Below, piece by piece: positions 51,840-63,560 of a stretch of DNA of 64,000 nt. The stretch's first letter is position 1. The number at the start of each line of letters is the position of its first letter. Both the position numbers and the translations under genes were made by a program. The stretch comes from Callorhinchus milii (lineage: Eukaryota), in contig NW_024704742.1 in the NCBI RefSeq assembly GCF_018977255.1, forward strand, positions 77,874,001 to 77,938,000, written 5' to 3'. The notes beneath the pieces are model-generated. The model worked only from the letters and a program-made list of their open reading frames with translations. It was not told the DNA's origin and ran no database searches.

Positions 51840-54800
51840 GTAAGTATTTGCACATCACTCCCCCACCGCAGCTCTCTCTCTGTGTGTGTGTGTGTGTGTG
51901 TGTCTGTGCCGCTGTGTGAAGCTCTCAGCACCGAATCCTTCTCCCACTGGAGGATTTGGATGGACCGCAGGACTGTCCCCCACAGCGTTGCCCTCTCTCG
52001 ATTTGGAGCCTCGGGGGAGGGATCATCTCGAATCGATTCACCTTTTAACGCGGGGGGTTCGGGTCCGGTGCATTTCTGGGCTGGAGGGCCAAAAGAAAAA
52101 AAGAATAGTTTCCCCCCCCACACAAAAAAAAGTCTCCAAAAAAAAATAGTCTCCAAAAAAAAAGAATAGTCTCCAAAAAAAAGTCTCCAAAAAAAATAGT
52201 CTCCAAAAAAAAATAGTCTCCAAAAAAAAGAGAATAATAATAAGAAGAATAGTCTCCAAAAAAAAGAATAGTTTCCAAAAAAAAGAATAGTTTCCAAAAA
52301 AAAGAATAGTTTCCCCCCCAAAAAGTCTCCAAAAAAAGTCTCCAAAAAAAGAGAATAATAATAAGAAGAAGAGGAATAGTCTCCAAAAAAAAAGAATAGT
52401 TTCCAAAAAAAGAATAGTTTCCCCCAAAAAATAGTCTCCAAAAAAGTCTCCAAAAAAAGAGAATAATAATAATAATAAGAAGAATAGTCTCCAAAAAAAA
52501 GAATAGTCTCCAAAAAATAGTCTCCAAAAAAAAATAGTCTCCAAAAAAAAGTCTCCAAAAAAAGAGAATAATAATAATAAGAAGAATAGTCTCCAAAAAA
52601 AAAGAATAGTTTCCAAGAAAAAAGAATAGTTTCCAAAAAAAAGAATAGTTTCCAAAAAAAAGAATAGTTTCCCCCCAAAAAAGTCTCCAAAAAAAGAGAA
52701 TAATAATAAGAAGAGGAATAGTCTCCAAAAAAAAAGAATAGTTTCCAAAAAAAAAGAATAGTTTCCAAAAAAAAGAATAGTTTCCAAAAAAAAGAAGTTT
52801 CCCCCCCAAAAAATAGTCTCCAAAAAAGTCTCCAAAAAAAGAGAATAATAATAATAAGAAGAAGAATAGTCTCCAAAAAAAAATAGTCTCCAAAAAAAAA
52901 GTCTCCAAAAAAAGAGAATAATAATAATAATAAGAAGAATAGTCTCCAAAAAAAAAGAATAGTTTCCAAGAAAAAAGAATAGTTTCCAAAAGAAAGAATA
53001 GTTTCCAAAAAAAGAATAGTTTCCCCCAAAAAAAGTCTCCAAAAAAAGAGAATAATAATAATAAGAAGAATAGTCTCCAAAAAAAAGAATAGTTTCCAAA
53101 AAAGAATAGTTTCCAAACATAAGAATAGTTTCCCCAAAAAAATAGTCTCCAAAAAAAGTCTCCAAAAAAAGAGAATAATAATAATAAGAAGAAGAAGAAT
53201 AGTCTCCAAAAAAAAGGAATAGTTTCCAAAAAAAAGAATAGTCTCCAAAAAAAGAGAATAGTCTCCAAGAAAAAAGAATAGTCTCCAAAAAAAAAGCAAA
53301 GCTACACAGACAGTGAGTGGGACAGTGTGTGAGAGAGGGACAAACATGTTGCAGCCGAGAGGATGACACAGTCTTACAGAGGATGGATCCCCACCTGCAA
53401 AATGCTCTCTCAGGACAACTGGGAGTGTCTCACCGGATGGTCTAAGAACCACCGACACAGGTCAGGTTGGGGTGGAGGAGGCACTGGACGAGAGGCTTCG
53501 GTATTATAATAATAATAATAATAATCCTTGCATTTGATATAGCGCTTTTCACGTCGGGAGGACGTCCCAAAGCGCTTCACAGAACACACTGTAAAGTGAA
53601 TTGACTGTATATTTGTGGGCGAACGCGGCAGCCAATTGCGCACAGCAGTGTCTCACAAACAGTCGTAGATTGAAAATGACCAATTTATTATTGTTTTTGG
53701 TTTTGGAGGGATTATTATTAGGCTCTGTGTGGAGTAAGGAAACTTGCCCAAGGTTTCACCCTGTCTGGAATTGAACTCAGGTCTCTCGCTTGTAAAGCGA
53801 GTGCTCTAACCACTGAGCTACAGAACTCAGACTAACAACTAACACTGGGGCTGAGATACTTGTATCACAGGGATTGGTTAGTCGGAGTTCATTAACTGTT
53901 CATTAACTGTTTTGGAAAAGTTTCAGGTATCACCGTAGCCCAGTCATTGCCACTTTCCCATCTTGTCAAACAAATTAACGTTATGCCTTTACATATGTTA
54001 AAACGTGTAGAAAGAACGACATCAGCTGCAGTCCCACCCGCTGGAGAACCTGAATCTTTGATCTCATGAGTTCAAGGAAGTTATTAGGATCACTGAGAAA
54101 CAATCCTGTATACAGACAGACAGACACAGACAGACAGACACACAGACAAGACACACACACACACACAGACAGACACAGACAGACACACACACACACACAC
54201 AGACACACAGACAGACAGACAGACACACACACACACACACACAGACATTCTCGTGTGAAAGACAATCATAGCCAAGGGTTAAAGTGAGGTGGGATGTCTT
54301 TACCACTTAGAAATCGCTCTTGAGACAGTTTCTTTGCATAATCTACAAAACTAGTTCATATAAATTTTATATTTTCACTATGCATTGAAGTGCCCTGGCG
54401 ACAAGTTTTGTAGAATAAACCATCTCAAAGGCTACTCATAAAATGTAACATGAAAGTATTTATTTGCCAAGTCGTCAGGGAAGACTGCCTACCAATGCAG
54501 CGAAGAGAGCTTAAAAAAAACAGCCACAAATTTAATAAGCTTCTGGTTTCTTGGATTGAAAAATCACACAGGAGATCTGGAAGCAGTTTAAACACCACCG
54601 ATTCTAAAGCGACATTTATCTTTCTGATGACCTTTACTTTCAATTTGCTATGAATCAGGTCAACATTCCGTCTCAATATTCTTTTGAAATCATTTCAAAA
54701 ATGGGGCGTTTGCGGTAAAATACAAACCGGAGACAACACAGGGGTGTGTATTCTTGCCATTCTAGCCAGACTCTTTCATTTGAGGGTGCAAATTTCTCTT

Positions 54801-55435
54801 TTCAATTTGCACTTGTACAGCACTTCTCAGGTGCAGAGAATGTGTCAAAGAACTTTGCAAAGATTGAGCAGGAGCAAAGCTGGGAGGGAGAAGGAGAGAC
54901 AGCTGAACGAAATGCCACTGAGAATGGAAGGGGAATGGTGCCTATCTCCAACTCAACTGGTCTATGTTTGTGTGAGGGGAGGACATCATCTCCAGCACAT
55001 CCAGGGAATGTTTCATGTGATAACTATATAAAGTATTGCTAAGTTTCCCCCTCTCCCGTTGTATTTAAGTGACTAGAATCAATTGGTATCATTTCTGTTC
55101 CAGTTCCCTCCCAGACTGCAGCTGACAAGGACACAGAGAGTATGAAAACGTTTCAAGACATGTTTGCGAATGATGGTTTCCAGAAACCCGACCTGCCTTT
55201 CAGACAGCAGCCACTGAAGGACACCCCTTATAACGACGGAGAATTTGGGCAGCAGATTCCTAATGCTCTCAGCCAGTACATTCAACAGAATGAGGAAGGG
55301 ATCGAGAAGAACCAGGAGGTGGAGAACTTCCCCTGGGCCAAATCCCTTAGGAGGAAAAGGCAAGAACCTTTGGGATTGGCAGTCATGTGCTGCAAGTGGG
55401 GCTGCACCAAAAATGAAATCCGTGCACTCTGCTGA
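51653..55435 (+). CDS. RLN: Prorelaxin (insulin/relaxin family), join(51653..51839,55104..55435), 172 aa; relaxin-3-like chains at the RLN locus
   Basis: Signal peptide [24 protein letters not shown] chain [30 protein letters not shown] followed by RR. Phase-1 intron early in the C-peptide. RRKR convertase site, then a 24-aa A chain [24 protein letters not shown] with CC-x3-C-x8-C spacing. All six cysteines are present. 187+332=519 nt in frame. The RLN symbol rests on adjacency to PLGRKT; sequence alone would suggest RLN3-like. Confidence 0.92.
52091..53296. repeat. About 1.2-kb A-rich minisatellite, unit GAATAGT(C/T)TCC-A(n), with periodic (AAT)n AAGAA inserts, in the relaxin intron
   Basis: Directly visible. 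It explains the three Phe/Leu-rich minus-strand ORFs. Confidence 0.96.
53506..53828 (-). mobile_element. Young tRNA-derived SINE in the relaxin intron
   Basis: Reverse complement of the same family. Confidence 0.92.
54111..54247. repeat. (CAGA)/(CA) compound microsatellite
   Basis: Directly visible. Confidence 0.93.
55104..55435 (+). CDS. RLN: Relaxin coding exon 2 (C-peptide + A chain)
   Basis: Acceptor atttctgttccag at 55103 keeps the frame (G|TT=Val, [17 protein letters not shown]...). Ends [31 protein letters not shown]. Confidence 0.93.
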
Positions 55436-55625
55436 AAGCTAAATCATGCTAATTGTACATCTGTATTTATTCCATTCACTTGAACTCTACATCAGTGAGA
55501 GTTTAGTCTAAATTGTGAGATAATGTATTTAGAAATCTCACTTTGTGGAATATTAATTCAACATAATTTACATGTGATTTCTAGTATGGTCAAAGTAGTT
55601 GTCACATTGAAGAACTTAAAATACA

Positions 55626-55631
55626 AATAAA
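55626..55631 (+). terminator. Relaxin polyadenylation signal AATAAA
   Basis: First AATAAA, about 190 nt after the stop codon, followed by T-rich sequence. Confidence 0.7.
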
Positions 55632-56077
55632 ATTTTTTGCAACTGTACATTTTTAAGGTGCTATTTCATTCATATCAGAAACATTTATGTAACAAATATA
55701 ACTGAGTGGCAAAATTCCTGAGTTCATTTTTAGAGGGTTTTCTGGACCTTATGAACATAATATCTCTTGCTGTAAAATCTAAAAGATGCTAAAGAGTTCA
55801 GATTATATTTTTCTGTGTCAATTTATAGAATGTTTCAGCACAGAAACAGACTATTCATCTATCGGGTTTTTGCTAGTGTTGTTCTCCACATAAGCTTGTG
55901 GTAAATATAGAAGCATTACCCTGACGTAAATAACTAGAAAATTATGGAATCAATTATGTGAAAGGAAGTGGAGGATTACCTGTATAAAGATAATTTAATA
56001 AGTGACAGCCAATATGAGTTCAGAAAGGGTAGGTCTTCTCAGACGAATCTCATAGAATTTTTGAGGCGGTGATAATT

Positions 56078-56395
56078 AATAATAATAATAATCCTTGCAT
56101 TTGACATAGCACTTTTCAAGTCTTCTAGACGTCTCAAAGCGCTTCACAGAATAGACTATAAAGTGAATTGACTGTGTGTTTGTTGGCAAAATGTGGCAGC
56201 CAATTGTGCACAGCAGTGTCCCACAAACAGTCATGGATTGAAAATGACCAATTTATTATTGTTTTGTTTTTGGAGGAATTATTATCAGGTGTGTGGAGTA
56301 AGGAAACTTGGCCAAGGTTTCGCCCTGCCTGGAATTGAACCCAGGTGTCTCGCTTGCAAGGCAAGTGCTCTAACCACTGAGCTACAGGACTCCAC
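56078..56395 (-). mobile_element. Young tRNA-derived SINE
   Basis: Reverse complement of the same family. Confidence 0.9.
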
Positions 56396-56459
56396 AATTT
56401 AATTTAACTGTGGGAAACCATAATATAGTATATCTAGACCTCCAAAAGGGGTTTAGAAT

Positions 56460-57320
56460 ACAGTAGAATATCCAGCACAGAAACAGGCATTCGGCCCAAC
56501 TGGTCTATGCCGGTGTTTATTCTCCACGTGAAACTTCTGCCTTTTTTCAACTAAGCCTTCAAGCATAACCTTCTATTCCTTTCTCCCTCATATACCAATC
56601 CAGCTTCCCCTTAAATACATTTATGCAATTTGCCTCAACAACTCTTTGTGGTGGTATGTTCCACATTCCCACTATTCTCTGTGTAAAGAAATTCCTTTAC
56701 CCATTTAGGTTTTTATTTTCCAGGATGTTTGACAAAGTACCCCATAAAAGATTCCTTCACAAATCATGGTCACTGGCAATCAAGGGCAAGACTTGGATGT
56801 GGATCCTGAATTGGCTGAAGGAAAGGAAATAGAGGGTCTTTGTGAGGGAGGGAGGGAGGGAGGGGGTCAAAATGGGAGGGGCTATTAAGCGGGGTGCCTT
56901 TCTTAAGATCTTCCCCTTTGACCATGCATTCGGTCATCCTTCCAACCCATCGTCTCTTGGTTCAAACCCCCAATTTGGGTGCAGACTCTTGACTGTCCAT
57001 TGCCTTGGGATGATCTCCCAACATGAAAGGTGCAGGACTCTTGCTCTTCCTTCTATGAATAACCTGAATTTGCACATCCAGTCTAAGATAAATTTGCAGA
57101 TGACACCGAGTTGGGAAAAATTTGAATTAGAGGAGGCCCCAAAGGTCCTACAAAGAGAGATTGATAGGGTATGCACAGGGGATGATCATTAGCAAATGAA
57201 GTTTAATGCAAATAAATGCAAGGTACGACACATGTAAAGTAAGATTAGAATACATTAGATCACCATAGATGGGATTGAATTTGCCAAGGGGAAAATGAAA
57301 GAGATTTAGAGATGTTAATT
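56460..57320. mobile_element. Patchwork of old CR1 and L2 fragments
   Basis: FDKVPHKR...WILNWLKERK, tttgcagatgacacc (FADDT), CR1-type terminal cagcacagaaacaggcattcggccc. Confidence 0.65.
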
Positions 57321-57424
57321 GACTCATCTAGACCCAAGAGACATGTTCATATCGATGAATAGAGATTTATCCAGCAGACTACTAAGAAATCATCAGTGTG
57401 GAGACACAAAGCAAACACTACACA

Positions 57425-57805
57425 TAATAATAATAATAATCCTTGGATTTGATACAGCACTGTTAAAACACTGTTATAACATTGTTGAGACGTATCAAAG
57501 CGTTTCACAGAATATACTGTAAATTGAATTGACTGTATATTTTGTGGGTGAAACGCAGCAGCCAATTGCACATAGTAATGTCATGGATTGAGTGAACAAT
57601 TTATTATTACTTATTATTTGGAGGTATTATTGAAAGCGATCTGCAATCAACTAATAAACTAATAATCGGGTGCCCAGTTATGGCTAGATAAACAGTAGTC
57701 TGGAATAAGGAAACTTGCCTAAGAGTTCGCCCAACCAGGAATCGATCCTGAGTCCTCTTGCTTGCGAGGCGAGTTCTCTAACCACTATGCTACAAGATTC
57801 CGCTG
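57425..57805 (-). mobile_element. tRNA-derived SINE, older subfamily
   Basis: Reverse complement of head, core and tail; diverged. Confidence 0.78.
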
Positions 57806-57879
57806 TACACGATAATGAAAGGAAAACATAAAATATTGAACTAAATACTAAATGCAGTCCCCCACCCCACCACAAACCA

Positions 57880-60800
57880 TCACCAAGTCCTTCACCATTT
57901 CTTTCCACCCGTTGAAAAAGTCCCTCACAAATGCTCTCTCATCGTCGGATGTACTGTCATGCTGCTAAATGATCGACTCTCCTCCACTTTCAATTCCCCT
58001 GCTCCCTGAAATCCAGGACCATCTCCAAACCCACCCGCTTCCCTTAGTATAATACCCAATACTCTCTTCAATCCCATACGTAGATGCTCAACAACAAATT
58101 GCATTCATAGAGCACCTTTCACGTTGGGAGATCATCCCAAGGCACTGGACAGTCAAGAGTCTACATCCAAATTGGGGTTTTCAACCAAGAGGCGATGGGT
58201 TGGAAGAATGACCGAATGTATAGTCAAAGAAGAAGATCTTAAGAAAGGCCTTGAAGGAGGCAAAGGAGGGGGCAAAGCAAAGGGATTCCAGGATGGAGGC
58301 AGAGGGTAGAGGAAGAAAGGCTGAAAGCCAGACAACAACAACAACAAGATTCCATTTATAGAGAGCCTTTCACGTCGGTAGACTGCTGATGGTGGGGTGC
58401 GCAGGGTGGGGGACATGGAGCAGGCCAGTACCTGCTGAGTGGAGGGAACGGAAAAGCTGGTAAGGTCACATAATAATGTCCCACAAGTCGTTGGGGAGGA
58501 GCAAGACTGGGAGGGCTTTGAAGGCAAGGATGAGGATTTTAAACTCAATCCTCTGGGAGATGCGGAGCCAGTGGAGCTGGGCGAGGATAATTGGCTCACA
58601 GAGATGGTCGGGAGAGGACACATGCTGCAGAGTCCTGAATAATCTGCAGCTTGTGGAGGGAAGAGCTGGGATGTCCGGCGAGGAGGGCCTTAGCATCGTG
58701 AAGCCTGGACGTAATGAAAGCATAGACGAGGATTTCAGCAGCCTGAGGGGAAAGATAGTGGCAGAAGTGTGTAATGTTGCAGAGGCGGGCAAAGGCAGAA
58801 CGGGTCATGGCGCGGATGTGGGGATAAAAGACAGTGGAGGATCAAACAAGTCACCAAGGGTCCGGACTGGCTCAGTGAAGGTGTAGAGTTCAACCATGAA
58901 CAGTGATGGTATCAGGGCTTCAGGGGTGGAGGAGCTGACAGGAGCCAATCAGGAGGACTTTGGTCTTGTCAATATTCAACTGGAGAAAGTTAGTTCCCAT
59001 CCAGGACTTGATGTCTGACAATCTGTCAGGACAGCAGTGCTCCTGGAGTCGAGAGTGGAGGCAGAGAGATAGAGTTGGGTATCATCCATGTTAACCTCAT
59101 ATCACCAAGGGGGAGCATGTAGATACTAAATAGGAGATGACCAAGGACAGAGCTGGATGGAACGCCGCATGCGACATTGCGAGGGCTGGAGGAGAAGCCG
59201 TTTGTGGATACGAAGTGGAGATGATGGGAAAGGTAAGAGTGAAACCAGGCAAAGACAGTACCATGAAGGTGGAGCTGAGAGATGGTGAGAATAGAAAGGT
59301 CAATAGTGCTGAAGGCGGCTGGAGATCGAAAAGGACCAGGAGACAGAAAGAGCCCTGGTCACAGATGGACAGATTGTGACTGAGGCTGTTTCTGCACTGT
59401 GGACTGCACGGAAACCAGATTAGCAAAGTTCATACAGGGAGTGGCAGGAGAGGAGAGCACAAAGCAATGACTCATTTCAGGACCTTGGAAAGAAAGGAAT
59501 GGTTGGAGATTGTGACAGCAGTTTGAGTTCAGAGATGGGTCAAGGGAAGACTTTTTGAGGATGAGGCTGATGATGGCTGTTTAAGTGAGTGAGAATGGTG
59601 CCAGTAGACAGAAAGAGGTTGACAATGTCAACCTTAGTGGGGAGCAAGGAAATGGAGCTGTGAGGTAAGGAGAGGGGTATGGATGGGTTTGGGGCACTGG
59701 GTGGTGGGCTTCATTTGAGAAATGATGGAGGTGAGAGAGGGAGCAAAAGTGTGGAAGGAGGGATAGGTGGAAGCCAGAGGGGGAGATGGGGAGGGGATAG
59801 CAGTAGAAAGGCAAGAGAGTGAATCCCCTTGATTTTGTACTCTAGGAAATCCTCACTTTTGGAGTTGGAAGATAGGATGGGCAAGCCATGGGAAGGTGGT
59901 CAGAGGAGCTGGTTTGTGGTGAAGAGGAGGCTGGGGTTGTTCTTGGGCTCCGGTATGATCTTGTAATAGAAGAACGATTTGGCTGAGGCGAGGACAGAGT
60001 GGTGTGTTTTGATGCAGTCCAGCCAAATCTGGTGATGGACTGTTCAATTGGATTTGTTCCATGTGCGTTTAGCAGAATGCATCTGTGCCTTTAAGGAGTG
60101 GAGGTGGCTGGTGTATTTGGGGGAATTCATGGGATTAGGAGGTGGAGCAGGAGGTGACAGGGCAAGGGTGTCAAAGATAACAGAGAGGGAGTTATGGAGG
60201 AGGCCCTGAGGGGCAGGACTTCAAATGACAACAACAAGATTACATTTGTATAGCGCCTTTCACGTCGGGAGGACATCCCAAGGCGCTGGACAGTGTACAG
60301 CATTTCAGACCTGAGCTGGGGTCAGGGGGGAGAAGGGAGGGGAGGGGAAGGGGAGTGACCGATGGCGTGGTCGAAGAAGAGGGTCTTGAGGCGGGACTTG
60401 AAGGAAGCTAAGGAGGGTGTGAGGCGGAGTGATGGGTTGATGGAATTCCAGAGGTTGGGGGCAGAGTGGTTGAAGGCTCTCCCGCCAATGGTGGGGCGGG
60501 TGGGTTAGGGAACGTGGAGCAGGCCAGAGCCGGCTGAGCGGAGGGAACGAGCGGGTTGGTAGGGGGTTAGGAGGTCGCAGAGGTAGGGTGGGATGAGGCC
60601 ATGGAGGGCCTCGTAGGTGAGGACAAGGATCTTGAACTGGATCCTCTGAAGGATAGGGAGCCAATGGAGTCAGGCGAGAATGGGGGAGATGGGGTCACGG
60701 AGTTTGGTGCGGGACAGGACACGGGCTGCAGAGTTCTGGATTATCTGCAGCCTGTGGAGAGAGGAGTTGGGAAGGCTGACAAGCAGGGCATTTGTGGAGT

Positions 60801-62440
60801 CGAGCCTGGAGGTGATGAAGGCATGGACAAGAGGCAATGAATTTTCAACCTCCATGAGGTTGGTTTTGTGTCATCTGATCGAGTGCAGATGGTACGAAAC
60901 CTGACACAAGGTTCATTGCCAGGTGTGGCATCTTATCTAGGAAACAAATCCCAAAGTCCTGTTCTGCACTCCTCATCACCTCCTCCGCGCATCCCTTCAA
61001 GCACCCTTGATTCTCACATCTAATCCCAAGTGTGAAGAGCTTGTTGACTTATTCGTCTCATAGACAATATCTGTTTGGCTCCCTCCTCTTCATCTCTCCC
61101 CTATGCTTCTACATTTCCACTCTGTCCGCCGTGGTTCCTACCACTGCCCCCAAGATTCATTTACCCCCATTTCTCCCTCCTCTTTCTCAACCATCACCCC
61201 CTCCATGAAACTCACCACCTGCAGTCTCAACCCTTTCCACCTAGCTGCTGGTCACCCAATTCCATCTCCTCTGTCGCCCTCCTGGCAGACAAAATCAACC
61301 AGTCCCGCTCCCCTTCTTTAAAACGACTGTCATCACTCTCCTAGTCAATTTGACCCACTGGCCATCACTACATCTCTGCAAACAGTTACTCCTCCTGCCC
61401 CCACTGGGTCACCTGTCCTGTACCCCAAAGCTCCATCCTTGACCACCTTCTTTTCCTCATTTATCTGCTCCATCTCTGTGATGTCATCTACAGAAATGGA
61501 GTCAGTTTACACATGCATGCAGACAACATCCAGATCTAATTCTTCTTCTCCAGCTGCAACCCGAGCTGCACCGATGCTCAGTCCTCTTGTTTGTCAGACA
61601 TCAAGGCCTGGATGAGCACCAAGATTGTGCAGCTGAATGTTGACAGGATGGAAGCTATGCTCCTTGGCTCCCATCAACATCTTCTCACCTGTAGTTTTGA
61701 CCTTCTTAATATCCCGGTCTATCCCTCAACTCATTGAACATGTGCATCATCTAGGACTTAGGTTCAATCCTCAACTGACCTTACTACCTCACATCCAATC
61801 CATAACCAGGACCACTTTCCTCCACCCCTGCCACATTCCCTGCCTCTGACTATACCTCACACGTAATGCATCCAAAACCCGAATCCAAGCATTTGTCACC
61901 TCGATTAGTCCAATCTTATTCAAATAATCTCCTCACTGGTCTCCCCAGCTCCACTGTCCACAAAATCCAACTAATTCAGAACTCTGCCGGCCATATCCTT
62001 AACCCCGCAAACTTTGTACCCCCATCACCTCAATTCTTGCCAGACTCCACTGGCTCCCTATTGAAGCACTGATTGATTTCAGAACCTCACACTCGCATAC
62101 AAATCACCTCAGGCCCTGGCACCTCCATACCTCTCTGACCTGTTTACATCCCACTTGTCTACCCTCCGCCTTCTTTCAGCTGGTTCCAGCCTCCTGCATG
62201 TCCCTCGCTCTCTGCACTCCACCATCAGCAGCCATACTTTTAGCCACTATGGAACTCTTTGCTTCAATCAGTTGGCCTTGCCTCCTCCTTGCCCTTCTTT
62301 AGATCACACCTGAAGACCTTTCTGTGATTGTTCCTCCTGTCACCTTCCCCCTCTCCCCAGTCACAAGCTCTGCCATCGTTAAGCATTCCGAGATGCTGCC
62401 CTGCATGAAGGGCACTATAGAAATGCAAGTTTTTGTTGCT
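57880..62440. mobile_element. Cluster of L2 relics (- 58090-60200, younger - 60228-60832, + 60960-62440)
   Basis: [44 protein letters not shown], atgcagacaacatccag (decayed YADD), L2-type tails. Confidence 0.82.
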
Positions 62441-62699
62441 GCCTTGTACTATTGCAGACCTGTTTTTATCATTCGTGCCTTTGTGGAGCAAGATCAGCCC
62501 ACAGGAGGATGTTTTATAAACGTGATACTTATTTTATGGGCCTTGAAAGGGCCAAGTGGACCCAATCCTGATCCTCATCCCAAGTCTGGTGCTCACTAAA
62601 TCAGCTACCCACGAAATGTGAATCACAAGATTGTGAGGGAGTTCAAAGCATTGGTTTGACAATTCAATATTGAAACCACATTCGTACTTTTGTTTCAAG

Positions 62700-63560
62700 A
62701 GACAAAAAACAGTTCTGACCTACTATTACACAGCTATCTTTATTGAAATGTACCACAAAGCATTCCATCAAATTGCTATGCGCGTGCCTCTTTTATCATT
62801 TCCCATCCAGTCCTGAACAAAAGTCATTATTCTCTTTTGTACATTTACAACTGAAAATGACAAAAAAAAAGCATCAAGATTACAAAGGCAAACATATTCA
62901 GGTGTGATATACACAGTTTGGTTCAGCACTAATCAAAGAGGCAGTTGTAAAAATATCATTTTCTTTTTATTATTTTCTCAGACATTGCACACGAGATTAA
63001 AACATGTATAAAAATGACAAAATATGGAAAATGGACAATAGTTTACAAGCAATGCAAAATTCTGAAGCTTTCATTTGAAATTATTGAAACCCTGATTAAA
63101 GTAGTGAGTCAACAGCGGAGCACACAACTCGCTCTTATTCAGTCACAAAAATATATATATGTTTATCACAGTTTATGTATAAGTAACTTTTAATATAGTA
63201 TGACAAATACCACAATACTTTCTCTAATTTTAAAAAAATGCACTTTAAAAGTAAAGCTAAGTATGAAAACTTTTGTACAATCATTTTTTTCTATTAGAAA
63301 GGAGCATAAAATACCCTTATTTTACTCGGTAATTAAAGTTAGTTGTGAGTATTGCTCCCTTATAACTACAGTAAACTCCTGAAAACTCGACCCTGGCTTA
63401 ACTTGTCACTACCAATTAAGATATCATGCTGTCAATATCCTGGCTGCTTCCCATGCAAAATGTTAATAAGTGACTCCGCTTTATTTGTCACTCCACTTAA
63501 CTCACAAGTCGTCTCATTCTTGTAAGTACTTGCAATATAAAATTGATCAGATAAATAGAC
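62700..63560 (-). other. Possible 3' UTR end of a convergent gene outside the window (JAK2 expected from synteny)
   Basis: AT-rich, repeat-free stretch after a repeat-dense zone, with minus-strand AATAAA at 62739-62744 and 62966-62971. No coding sequence is visible, so the identity is inferred only. Confidence 0.3.

Noticed and set aside
52091..53296. CRISPR-like regular repeat
   Set aside because: No unique spacers, no cas genes, and the context is a vertebrate intron.
51821..53458. Three 400-545 aa Phe/Leu-rich membrane-protein-like ORFs on the minus strand
   Set aside because: All three frames are open across the same minisatellite, which is typical of repeat artefacts. The region is intronic to relaxin.
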